NCBI GenBank assembly: GCA_951406725.2
Contig: OX597817.1
Coordinates: 53,506,001-53,570,000, forward strand
Reading direction: 5' to 3'
Length of the DNA: 64,000 nucleotides
From: Octopus vulgaris
Lineage: Eukaryota
Below the pieces are notes generated by a model. It ran no database searches, was not told the DNA's origin, and worked only from the letters and a program-made list of their open reading frames with translations. This document shows, in pieces, positions 1 to 11,882 of the stretch; within the stretch, counting starts at the first letter, position 1, and each line of letters begins with the position of its first letter. Both the position numbers and the translations under genes were made by a program.

Positions 1-232
1 TAATTCTCTTTCTAACCACATTACATGTAAACGGTGCCTATATGGTAGTAAACCGACACACACACACACACAAATGCATTCACACGCACGCAGCTACCCC
101 CACTCTTCTTTACATCTGAGCTATTTCTTTCAGTTGGTAAGTCTCTTTAATAAACTAATGCCAGCACAAACTGTGCCTGCTTGGATATTTTAAGGTGTTG
201 TTGCTGGCTGTTCAAAATTAGATTCTCACATC

Positions 233-284
<52 letters not shown>

Positions 285-292
285 TAGATAAT

Positions 293-328
<36 letters not shown>

Positions 329-516
329 CATACATACATACATATACATTATAATATATATACACACATATACATCTATACATTATATTATATATACATA
401 CATATATATTATAATATATATACACACACATCTATACATTATATATATATATATATACATACATATATGTACATACCTACATATATATGTTTATATACAT
501 GCATCTATCTATCTAT

Positions 517-585
<69 letters not shown>

Positions 586-1638
586 TACATATACATTATA
601 TATAAATACACACAGACTGAACAAGCCCCATTTACCCTAGTCTATCAGATTGACTTACATTCCTGCCCTTTATTGATGTGGGTCCCCTAAAAATAGGTGA
701 TGCATCTACACAATTGCTTGGCCTGATTGTTGAGTGTTCCCCTTTTTTTCAAAAGGGGTTAGGTGTGTGGCTTTATTGTCTCCATTGGAACCAGTTTGGG
801 TCTTTTAAAAGTAGCCACAGCTGTCGCTAAGATCAAACACAATGACAAATGGCACACAGGCCTGTTCCCTTTAACAGTGTGGAAATGGTTAGTGCTGATT
901 GTTCCTCTTTGAAAATGTGTCAGGAGTTCAGTCTATAAAGACTCTCTGAGTTCTTCTTTCTCGTTGTCTTTCTCTCTTCAGATTTTCCTTCTTTCTTTCC
1001 TTCCATCCTCCAGATGGTGAGTGACTATATATATAAAAAGTGTCTAATTAGTGGCAGGCCACTGCTGCTGCTAGGGTGGAAGTGATGATGTTCAGCCAAG
1101 TCCTGCCACACTGCTGCCTCTGTCATCTGACAATAAACTGTTACAGTTTTAAGACTTTTAAAGAATTGGTTATGTAAACTTACATCCGCTTCCCCTCCCC
1201 ATTCTTTACACGTGGTTACATACATATTAACACACACACACACACACACACACAGATGCATGTAGTTGTTAAAGTGCTGGTTTAAATTTATATTAAATAG
1301 TACATGTAAAAATATGTTGTCAATGTGTCTGTATATATATGAGAGAGAGAGAGAAGGGGCAGGAGAGAAAGAGGGAGAGAGAGAGAGAATAGTCGAAGGG
1401 TGTGAGTGTGTATATATATATCACTATATGTGTGTGAAAGAGAATGAGAAGGAGGGTGTATATAAAGTGTGTGTGTGTGTGTGTATGATGCACACATGCT
1501 TGTACATACAATAAACTAACTGTAACCTTTATATACACTACAGGAAATGGAAGCTTAGTGGTTAACTACTGCTGCCACCACACACTGACACACACACAAA
1601 CACACACATTAACACTATCTTACATGCACACACACACA

Positions 1639-1670
<32 letters not shown>

Positions 1671-3561
1671 CTCTCTCTCTTACATGCCCTTTCACACTCT
1701 CTTACTCTCTCTCATACTCACTTTTTCACACTCTCACTCTCTCTGTCACTCTCTCACACACTCCCTCTCACATTTTCCCTCACACACTCCCTCTCTCTCA
1801 CGCTATCTCGCTCTCTCTCTCACACGCTCTCTTTCTCTTACATACTCTCTCTCTCTCTCTCATGCTCTCTGTCTCTCACACACACACTAACACTCTCTCA
1901 TACACACATTACATTTTCTCTATCTTACACGCACACACACATTCATGCTTTCTATCACACACCCTCCTCTCAACCTCAGATTACAGAAAGTTCTTGGCCA
2001 CTTGTTCCCTATATACTGTCCCCTCTATACTGGCCGCTCACTACCCTTAATCATGGACCAACAAGTAAGTGGCTGTCTCTGCTGTCACACAACCTGCTAC
2101 AAACTTTAGCCAAATCTCTCTCTTAAGTCCATACAGCCAGTCTTAGGAAACAACACATTAGATAATGTTGTCTTAGCTATACTATGCTTAAATATAAAAA
2201 GATAGGAAGACAGTGGCTGGGACCCCTTTGATAAAAGATGTGCTGGTTTAGGTTTGATTAGGGCTTACGAAGCAGAGGTTAAATAACTCTGAAATCACAA
2301 CTTAGTGCAACATTGGTGTACATGTATGACAAGTACGAATGTGTTGAAAAGAAATTTGAGTATAAGGGAGGTGGGGCATTGGAGAAAAAAAGAGAAAAAA
2401 GTGCAAGAGAAAAAAGTGTTCAGGTTATGTTCATTTGATATGTATGGATGAGGACAGCTGCATAGAGAAATGTTGATTATTAACTGTGAATGGATTCTGT
2501 GGAAGATATAGACATGCGATAATGTAATGAGAAATGACTTCTGGATGTTGAGCCTCACAGAGGAAATGACTAAGGAATGAGTTGATTGGCAGTTTGCTGT
2601 GTTTGAGAAGACCATTCCCTTAAGAAAAAAGGAGTCACTAAAAGCATGATGTTTATTTCTGTGTCCCTGCATCCAATTTGTCCCCGATGTATCTCTCTCT
2701 CACAACTCGTCTTCCTAACTCCCAACCCTACATCATTCTCCTAACTATGGTGCTATGCACTCAGCTGCTGTAATTATGTGTGTGTTCGTGTGCGTATGTG
2801 TGTAAATATATGTCTGTGTTATATATGGTGGTTGTTCCATCTTCACAGATAATTGCCATCTCCTTGTGATTTGGTTATGGCGTTGCTCACTTTCCATCAA
2901 TGACCTATCAGATGACTGCTCATTTCTGCTGCAGATGTGTGCATCATTTGCAGCATAGACACCAGAGAAAAGTCGAAGCTTCCACTGGACTTTGTGGCAT
3001 AAGGAGTTACTTGTTCAAATTGTCAAACGTTTTCTGCTTAGAGTTGAGCTTTCTCACTGGTTAAGTCTGCACATATCACCATAGTGCCTTTAGTAGACGG
3101 GGGTGACAAATGAGGTCACCATAAAGAGACATCTGCACCTCATTGGATTACAATGATAAACACTTGAAGAACACTAGTACACTCTCTAAGTCGCTGTGAT
3201 TAGTACCTAATGACAGGCTAAAGTGAGATGACCAGTAATTATGTGAACCTGCAGGATTTACTTCAGAGAGCCCCTCTCCTAGAAAGCTAGGGCTCCATAA
3301 CTCCCAGTGCATTTACAGTTCTTGACTTGAGAGTTCATCTGCCCTTTCACAGGTTTTGTTTTCCATCCTGTAGGGTGTCCAAGAAGACTACTATCCTTAA
3401 CAACCCAACATGGTAAGGTTGCTGGTTTTGTTGCTGACAGTCTGACCATGGGATAGATTGTACTGGGTCACATGTTACCAGTACCTTGATGTATATTTGT
3501 GTGTGTGTGTGTGTGTGTATGTGTGTGTGTGTGAGTGTGTATGTGTGTGTGTGTATGTATG

Positions 3562-3936
3562 TTGGCAGCACTATCTCCTGCAGGCACTTGATGTAGGCCT
3601 CCATGTTGACTCTGAGGATGTGTGAGAAGATGAATGGAAGCATAATGTCACCATCACTAGCGATCACTCCAAACACCATGATGTTGACAGGATATTTGAT
3701 TTTTTATCACTCTCAGTAATGTCCTCTGAAATGTTCATACTGGAGCTTATGGGACAAATGCCAAGCAGTACAGCTTGTCATTTCCAAATTTCTGGCTGAG
3801 TGAATTGCATTGTGGTGCTGTTTTTCTCACAGATGGTGCCCAACTGACCCTACTATACTGTAGTTGACAAAATCAAAAACAATGTGCATGCGCGAAATTA
3901 AAAATATAAAATGGCGACAATTTACCCATTCCACTG
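3562..3936 (-). mobile_element. Internally deleted Tc1/mariner-superfamily transposon relic
   Basis: Minus-strand translation MVFGVIASDGDIMLPFIFSHILRVNMEAYIKCLQEIVLP resembles the VMVWG...Y...L...VLPW catalytic-domain segment of Tc1/mariner transposases. A terminus-like sequence CAGTGGAATGGGTAAATTGTCGCCATTT starts at 3936. Confidence 0.75.
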
Positions 3937-4027
3937 TGTGTGTGTGTGTGTGTGTGTATTGAAGTGTGTATATGTACATGTGTATTTTGATTGTGTGAGT
4001 ATGTATGTATGTATGCATATATATATA

Positions 4028-4098
<71 letters not shown>

Positions 4099-4628
4099 GG
4101 GGGTGTATGTGTTTACATTTGCGTGTGTGTGTGTATATATATATAATGTATACAAATGCACACATGCATACATGTGTGTCCTGTAAAACTGGTGGATCTG
4201 CGTATCAATTCCCTTGACATACATTCACATCATTAATGAGATCTCGGTTTCTTGCCATTAAAGTTTAACGATTGGAGACAAGTAATGACATTAATGTGTG
4301 CACTCACATGGACACACACATGGATAGATATGTGTTGCATTTCCTTAATGTTAGGTAAACAAAGACGTCCTTGGCTTTCATGATATTGCCGTTGTCTTGC
4401 TGAGCGAGCCTGACATAAACCATCGTCACGTGTGTGTGTGTGTGTGTGTGCTTGTGTATGTGTGTGTGAAACATTGCTTGGAGAGAGAGACATGGGTATT
4501 TTATAAATATGCCTAAATGAAGTATCACAAAAGCATGAAACTTTTAGTAGCTCTTTTGGTTGTGTATTAAATTGATATTTATCTCTCACTGGATTGAGTA
4601 TTTTTTTTGCTGATTTTACCTGGATCTC

Positions 4629-4728
<100 letters not shown>

Positions 4729-4915
4729 AATAAATGAAAGAATGGAGTCGAACAAAGATGTTAACAAAATTCCTTTACTCTCGACATATGTTTCGAAGAC
4801 AACATGTTTTCATTACAAAGGAATAATATGTAATAATTATTATTTGAGGGAATATTAATCCTAACTTACAGGGAAAAATTCAATTTAGAAATACTAAATC
4901 AAATTTAACACAATA

Positions 4916-4966
<51 letters not shown>

Positions 4967-5483
4967 CTAGCAGTGTCGCCCGGCGTTGCTCGGGTTTGTA
5001 AGGGAAATAACTATATAAGCATTTTTAGAGAGTTACTTCCTTTATAGATGCCAATTCGGGCTTTCTTAGCCATTTCTGTTTTGGTGTCTTCAAGCCATGA
5101 AGTCGTTGTTCTAAAAGAACGCTGGTCTCCTTGACAACGCATTACGACGTTGATTTCCTTAAACTCCCTTCCCCACAGCTTCACGAGGGAGGGAAGAAGG
5201 GGGAGAAGCAAACACAGGTGCAGGTGTTTGAGCGTGGACGCCAACTCCGCCGCCATCGACACACGAAAAATTATGCATTAAAATGGAATAAAAAATGATG
5301 TTAAATTATTTTTAAAATTGTAGACTCATCGTAGACGCGCGCTAATAGCCAGACGGGCTTGATATTAATCACGACTATAAGATACCCGAATTTGGTTAAA
5401 CTGCACCGCAAAATGTGGGAGGAGTTAGGAATCTAAATCGTAGGAGACAGACACTCACACAACTACTGTTTTATATATATAGA
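4967..5483 (-). mobile_element. Non-autonomous Helitron (about 517 bp, both ends present)
   Basis: On the minus strand it starts A|TCTATATATATAAAA and ends CCCGAGCAACGCCGGG (hairpin)-CGACACTG-CTAG|T. These are the 5'-TC, subterminal hairpin, CTAG-3' and A|T insertion-site hallmarks of Helitrons. Confidence 0.8.
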
Positions 5484-5635
5484 TATATTGCAAAAAAAAA
5501 AAAAATTATTTTTTTGCAACTATTTAATCATCGGTATATTATTGTTATTTTAATTTTAATATTTCTATTATATGTAATTTTCTAGATGGTGTAATTTAAT
5601 TGTTCATTTTGAATTGATAAATGGTTGTTTTTCTC

Positions 5636-5676
<41 letters not shown>

Positions 5677-5680
<4 letters not shown>

Positions 5681-5800
5681 GAAATTTATAGAAAAACAAG
5701 ACGAAGACAGGTGTATGAACAACAAGCAAGTGTATTAGTTTGATGCTTGGGAAAATGAAAAAGTCTTTCATGTTTTGAGCTTATGCTCTTCAACAGAAAG
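5677..5800 (-). mobile_element. TA-flanked Penelope-like terminal-repeat fragment (copy 1 of 3)
   Basis: Shares aagacgaagac...aagtcttt..gtttYgagc..gctcttc..cagaaag with 6366-6555 and 59866-60035, and carries a hammerhead-like layout. Confidence 0.55.
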
Positions 5801-5997
5801 GTGTAAGAGATTTATATGGTAATTGTTCAGTTTACATGTGTAAAAAAAAACGTAAAGGGACATAACTACATACACCAGAATATGTTGCCTGATACTTTGG
5901 AAATCGATCGAAATAGCACGTGAATGACCAGCGGCACTGCAGATTATTGTTCCTGAAGTTGAATCCTCAATCGTCAAGCAATCAAACAATCTTAGAT

Positions 5998-6220
5998 GAA
6001 TCATGGAATATCACCCAATTGGCAGAATCACAAGACAACATTCTTCAATGATTGGCATGGCATCGCATAATTATGAACAGCTACACCTGTGAAAATTGTA
6101 ATTCCCCCCTATGGCCTTATTACACGAGCTGACATTACTAACCGAAAAGTGTGATACTGCAAGCTTTGTAAAAAGATAAAATCACTTCGTCACCTTTCGT
6201 TCTTTGACAAAAGCATTTAA
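5998..6220 (+). pseudogene. Degenerate Merlin/ISXO2-like transposase N-terminal fragment
   Basis: With stops and frameshifts it reads ILQ*LAWHRIIMNSYTCENCNSP.M.LITRADITNRKV*YCKLCKKIKSLRHLSFFDKS. This fits the CxxC...WxCxxC...SxRxxSFFxxS zinc-ribbon of Merlin (IS1595-like) transposases. Confidence 0.65.
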
Positions 6221-6308
6221 TCCGTTTATTGTTGGTCATGCAATATGTCTCAGAATTAGATATCTCCCTTTACTCTCTTTCACGCACATAAACTGAACAA
6301 TTACTGTG

Positions 6309-6351
<43 letters not shown>

Positions 6352-6365
6352 ATACATATATATAT

Positions 6366-6555
6366 AGGGAGAGTTTATGAAAAAAACAAAAGACGAAGAC
6401 ATGTGGTGTACAGAACAAACAAATGTATTAGTATAACGTTCAGGAATAGAAAAAGTCTTTTACGTTTCGAGCCTACGCTCTTCTACGGAAAGGGACACAG
6501 CAAAAAAACAAGGAGAGAAAAAAATGTGTGTAGTGGCTAACGATCTATCATGGCG
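6366..6555 (-). mobile_element. TA-flanked Penelope-like terminal-repeat fragment (copy 2)
   Basis: Near-identical to 59866-60035; hammerhead-like motif at 6457-6492. Confidence 0.6.
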
Positions 6556-6620
6556 ACTATATATTTTAGTTATATATATATATATAACAAAGTAAAGTTG
6601 TAAGATATCGCACGAGTAGA

Positions 6621-7042
6621 AATATATATGAAAGAAGGTTTGAAAATGCAATTTTAGGAGGTGTTTATTCACTCAACCGGTTTCACTTTTTTAGAAAAAG
6701 ATTGTCAAAAGTAAAATGGAAAAGCTTTGTAAAAACTTTTTTGTGTTAAATACTGGTTGTCACAAAATATTACAATACATATATACATTCTTTGATAATA
6801 AGAAAAATGTTAAAATGAACTTTTTATTTTCCTTGTAAACTGCTTTATCATTTCTCTTATTATTCTCAAAGAATGTATATATGTATTGTAATATTTTGTG
6901 ACAACCAGTATTTGACACAAAAAAGTATTTACAAAGCTTTTTCATTTTACTTTTGACAATCTTTTTCTAAAAAAGTGAAACCGGCCAAGTGAATAGACAC
7001 CTCTTAAAATTGCATTTTCAAACCTTCTTTCATATATATATT
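6621..7042. repeat. Long inverted repeat (arms about 190 bp, spacer about 30 bp)
   Basis: 6621-6814 is the reverse complement of 6844-7042 with scattered mismatches. Confidence 0.9.
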
Positions 7043-7199
7043 CCCGAATTCCGAATTTGTGTAAATGTGTATAGAATAATATATCAGTTGAATGGTCTGG
7101 TTTCCATGTTTTTTATTTTGATATTTAAAAAAAAAAAAAATTTACAGTGTTGAAGTTTATTAAACATTGCAAAAATATTTCGTAATATTCATTAAGTTC

Positions 7200-7238
7200 A
7201 ATTAGCACTTTCATACGTTTTATAGTAATCATCAGATT
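7200..7238 (-). ncRNA. Minimal type I hammerhead motif (left arm of fold-back)
   Basis: Minus strand: AAT-CTGATGA-ttac..gtat-GAAA-gtgc-TA-ATT. Confidence 0.55.
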
Positions 7239-7433
7239 TCAAAATGTATTTAACTGACAGCTGAGTTCTTGACAATTGTAGTAAAATGACTGACTTCTTC
7301 CTTTTTGTAACTCTTAGAAGGCTCCAACAAGCTGAATTTTTGGAATACGGTTTTGACCAATCCGCATGCTGGAAGAAGTCAGTCATTTTACTACAATTGT
7401 CAAGAACTCAGCTGTCAGTTAAATACATTTTGA

Positions 7434-7471
7434 AATCTGATGATTACTATGAATGTATGAAAGTGCTTATT
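7434..7471 (+). ncRNA. Minimal type I hammerhead motif (right arm of fold-back)
   Basis: AAT-CTGATGA-ttac..gtat-GAAA-gtgc-TT-ATT. Core intact, stems very short. Confidence 0.55.
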
Positions 7472-7776
7472 GAACTTAATGAACATTACAAAATATTTTA
7501 TAGTATTGACTGTTACTTGATGCCTTGTATCATTGGTAATTTCCAATGCATCTTTTATTAACATTCGTCCCAATATCTGAAAAATAACGGTATTTTCTCC
7601 TGTTGTTATTTTTATTATTGCCTCTACTGAGTAGTGTGGCTGGGCACCTTCTCAGTTACATTGACAAGTGTTTCAGTTGATTCGATCAATGGAACAGCCA
7701 GCTCATGAAATTAACCCATTTAGTGCCCAAATTTTTTTTATTCAACTTTATCTGATACTAAATATATATATTTATA

Positions 7777-8048
7777 TGCCAGCGCTGCCTTGAATGGCTT
7801 CTGTGCTGGTGGCACGCAAAAAGCACCAGCCGATCGTGGCCACTGCCAGCCTCCCCTGGCACCTGTGCCAGTGGCACATAAAAAGCACCCACTACATTCA
7901 CAGAGTGGTTGGGATTAGGAAGGGCATCCAGCTGTAGAAACACTGCCAGATCAAGATTGGAGCCTGGTGCAGCCTCCATGGCTTACTAGACCCTGGTCAA
8001 ACCGTCCAACCCGTGCTAGCACGGAAAATGGACATTAAACGATGATGT
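7777..8048 (+). mobile_element. SINE family C (Meta-domain-like, (GAT)n tail)
   Basis: Contains ttaggaagggcatccagctgtagaaa, resembling the MetaSINE domain, and ends ggacRttaaacgatgatg. More than ten copies in the window. Confidence 0.7.
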
Positions 8049-8920
8049 TGTAAAAATATTGTAAAAAAACATTTTCTTACAATATTTGAAGGACACTCCA
8101 GTCTTGATGACTAGCTAAAGATATCTCAGTAAAATACAGATGTTGCAGAAATGTGATGGATTATCCTTCTGGTCCTAAAAAAGGACCATGGGCATTAATG
8201 GGTTAATGTGTAAGTGGCTGAGCACTCCACAGACACACTTACCTTTAATGTAGTTTTCAGGGAGATTCAATGTGACACACTGAAGGGGACCAGGCTGGCC
8301 CATTGAACTACAGGGTGCAACACTGGAGCAACATGAAATAAGTGTCTTGCTTAAGGACACTATGCACCGCTGATAATTGAACTCTCGACTGTCAGGTTGT
8401 GAATTGAATACACTAACCACGTGCTGAGTCATGTGCTGTTTTCTTTGCAGTGAGTAGGGTAGGCCTTGAAAATGGCCATTGCTGTTTTGATCCACCGGCT
8501 GCAATAGTTTTATTGTCGTATTCACTGGTAGCAGATACAGGTGTAACAATTTGGCACAAGTCACTCAGTCCATTCAGGTGACTCACCTAAAATAAACACC
8601 TTTTCAAATCTAAATATAGACTTACAATAACTTTTTGGCTTCAGAAAAAAAAAAAGGAAAAAAAGCACAAACTAAAACAAACAACTTGGAATTAAAACTT
8701 CAAATAAATATTGTATAATCCATATTTTTCTGTTGGAGTTCCATAAAACTGATATAAAATTCCTTCCGGACCCTTTAAGAATATGTGAATTTTCTGATCT
8801 TTTGATTGACATGAGTTTTAATTTTGAATAACTGGCAGCATTTCCAGCCAGTAAGAATGTTGATCATTCATTAGTCACTTTGAACCACAGTTTTTTTTTT
8901 ACCAATTTGGTAGGATATCT

Positions 8921-9232
8921 AGGCACAGGCATGGCTGTGTGGTAAGAAATTTGATTCCCAACCACATGGTTCTGGGTTCAGTCCCACAGCATGCACCTTG
9001 GGCTGATCAAAGCCTTGTGAGTGGATTTGGTAGATGGAAACTGAAAGAAGCCTATTGTAGGCATGGCTATAGGTGCAGGTGTGGCTGTGTGGTAAGAAGC
9101 TCACTTCCCAACCACATGGTTAGTTCAGTCCCACTGTGTGGCACCTTGGGCAAGTCTACCCTACTCTAGCCATAGGCTGACCAAAGCCTTGTGAGTGGAT
9201 TTGGTAAATGGAAACTGAAAGAAGCCTGTTGA
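8921..9232 (+). mobile_element. SINE family A, two tandem partial copies
   Basis: Head sequence appears twice. Confidence 0.8.
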
Positions 9233-9767
9233 ATATATATATGTTCCTAGGGAGCATTGAAGAAAAGTGGGGTGATAATGGGGTAGTGATTCTTGTAAAA
9301 AGTGGGGCGATAATGGAGTTGCAATTCATGTAAAAACAACTAAAATAATGGGTTTGTCAGGTTAAGTTATATTTGTGAAATACAGTTGCTTTGAATTCAC
9401 TTCAGAAAGAGGTCTGTGTTTATACTGGTTAGTTGGGGTGGGGGTGCTAGGAATATGGCCTGGGGGTCAGGTGGGTGGCAGTCTGAATAAGTTTGAGAAC
9501 CACTGGGCTACAGCAAACTCCTGCTTCCTTCACTAACTTCTTAAGAACAAAATTTAGTTACATTTGAGTATTATTTTCAGACAGTAGTGTACCATGACAC
9601 CAATGCTCACTAAGCTGGTGCAGTCCTCATTGGATGGTTTCTTTCATGGATGGTCGCATATGACCATCTCCCACAAGATAGTGTTGGAGGTGGTTGTATT
9701 GATATTTAATGATAATCAATTGCCAGTGCTGCTGATGTTGATCCTGTTGTTTGGCTTCTCAGCACTT

Positions 9768-10115
9768 TACTCTTTTTAGTTGTTTCAGTCATTTGACTGT
9801 GGTCATGCTGGAGCACCGCCTTTAGTCGAGCAAATCGACCCCAGGACTTATTCTAGCGGTGTCTTTTTGCCGAACCGCTAAGTTACAGGCATGTAAACTA
9901 GCGATGTTGGGGGGACAAACACAGACACACAAACACACACATATATATATACATATATACAACGGGCTTCTTTCAGTTTCCGTCTACCAAATCCACTCAA
10001 GGCTTTGGTTGGCCTGAGGCTATAGTAGAAGACACCTGCCCAAGGTACCACACAGTGGGACTGAACCCAGAACCATGTGGTTGGTAAGCAAGCCACTTAC
10101 CACACAGCCACTCCT
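9768..10115 (-). mobile_element. SINE family A
   Basis: Reverse complement of 11883-12259. Confidence 0.85.
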
Positions 10116-10861
10116 TGATAAACCAGGTTGTTATCAAATATGAAATGTTAATTACATTCAGTCCCATCATTATCTGACAAATTTATAACATCTGAGCAAA
10201 CTTAAAATAATTTTTACATTTGTTTCCTCATTTTTCTCAAAAGGCTTTATTCCCCTAAAGTATCCCAACTGTCGTTAGTCCACAGAGGACTTTCCCTTCT
10301 GATCGATTAATTATTACTGAGTTCATAATTTATGAAGCAAATCCGTTTTCACTCTGGAGGAGGATCAGTTTACTATTTTTATTATGGACAGATGCTCATT
10401 AAATATGGAAGACCAGTGTATTGTATTAAATATGGAAGAATAGTCTGTTATATGAAATATGGAAGACTGCTCTGTCAGTTTTGATAATGGAGTGTTGCCG
10501 TACTATATTACTATTGAGGGTTGCTAAGTTACGTTTGATATGAAGCGCTGCTAAGCTATTTTGAATGAAAGGGTTGCTATTTATAATATGGTGTAGTGTC
10601 TGTCATTTTTGCTGCAGAGAGCAGCCATGTTATTAATATGGTGGATATTGTGGGGTATAGGTTATTAAGTTAAATCTGTTTGGCTGAAAATAGTTTTTCT
10701 AAATTGCTAAGTGTTCATTTACAGATAATGGAAAGCAAATATATATTTCTAGCTTTCCTTATCAAACTCTTCCTCCCACTGTCTGTCTGTGTGTGTGTCT
10801 CTCTCTCTCTCTCTCACCCCCCCCTCGACACTGCCTTTTTTTCAAAATGCAGTGCTGTAAT

Positions 10862-11250
10862 GCGGCGAGCTGGCAGAAACGTTAGCACGCCAGGTCGACT
10901 TTGCCTTTCATCCTTTCGGGGTCGATTAAATATATACCAGTTATGCACTGGGGTCGATGTAATCGACTTAATCCGTTTGTCTGTCTTTGTTTGTCCCCTC
11001 TGTGTTTAGCCCCTTGTGGGTAGTAAAGAAATAGGTATTTCGTCTGCCGTTATGATTTGAGTTCAAATTCCGCCGAGGTCGACTTTGCCTTTCATCCTTT
11101 CGGGGTCGATTAAATAAGTACCAGTTATGCACTGGGGTCAGTTAAATAAGTACCAGTTACGCACTGGGGTCGATATAATCGACTTAATCCATTTATCTAT
11201 CCTTGTTTGTCCCTTCTGTGTTTAGCCCCTTGTGGGTAGTAAAGAAATAA
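10862..11250 (+). mobile_element. SINE family B with internal tandem duplication
   Basis: Body and tail occur twice. Confidence 0.8.
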
Positions 11251-11447
11251 GTGCTGTAATGCTATCACTAAACAGGTGAAATAGGCTGGATGAGAAAATA
11301 TCTCGATACTTTTCTCACCAAATTAAAAGTGTGTAAGCATCAACTGACGGTCATTACTCTACCATGATGTAATCATTTCAGTTTCACCCCATGTTCTCTG
11401 CTTTTGGATTGAGTTCTTTTGTATGAGACTTTGGACACACACACACC

Positions 11448-11720
11448 TAGTACTATTCTATTGGTCTCTTTCGCTGAACCACTAAGTTACGGAAACATAA
11501 ACACTCTAGCATCGGTTGTCAAGCGATGTTGGGGGAACAAAAACATGTAGACACACACTCACACACATATATGGCATGCTTCTTTCAGTTTCTGTCTACC
11601 AAATCCACCCACAAGGCTTTGGTCAGTCCGAGGTTATAGTAGAAGGCACTTACCCAAGTGGAATTGAACCCGGATCCATGTGGTTGGTAAGCAAGCATTT
11701 TACCACACAGCCACTCCTGT
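11448..11720 (-). mobile_element. SINE family A (partial)
   Basis: Reverse complement of the family head and body. Confidence 0.8.
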
Positions 11721-11882
11721 ATAATATATATATATATAAAATATGAGACTTGACTACTTTTCCATGAGTGATGAGGCATATGTCAGATAGCTTATGAACA
11801 ATTTATTTTGTTTTAGTTTTACTTTATCTGTCTGTTTGTCTGTATGTTAGCATGTTTGTGTGTATGTATATTTATATATATA

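Larger units (their letters stand above)
7171..7499. repeat. Long inverted repeat (arms about 130 bp, spacer about 70 bp)
   Basis: 7171-7301 versus 7371-7499. The ORF track shows the same peptide KKSVILLQLSRTQLSVKYILKSDDYY on both strands. Confidence 0.92.

Noticed and set aside
1980-2064. 85-nt acceptor-to-gtaagt segment as the missing upstream exon
   Set aside because: The only reading compatible with the downstream phase has no LRR character. The preceding LRR exon was not found in the window and is presumably upstream.
3240-3430. Possible LINE 5' remnant
   Set aside because: No translatable retroelement motif could be recognised, so it is not supportable without a database search.
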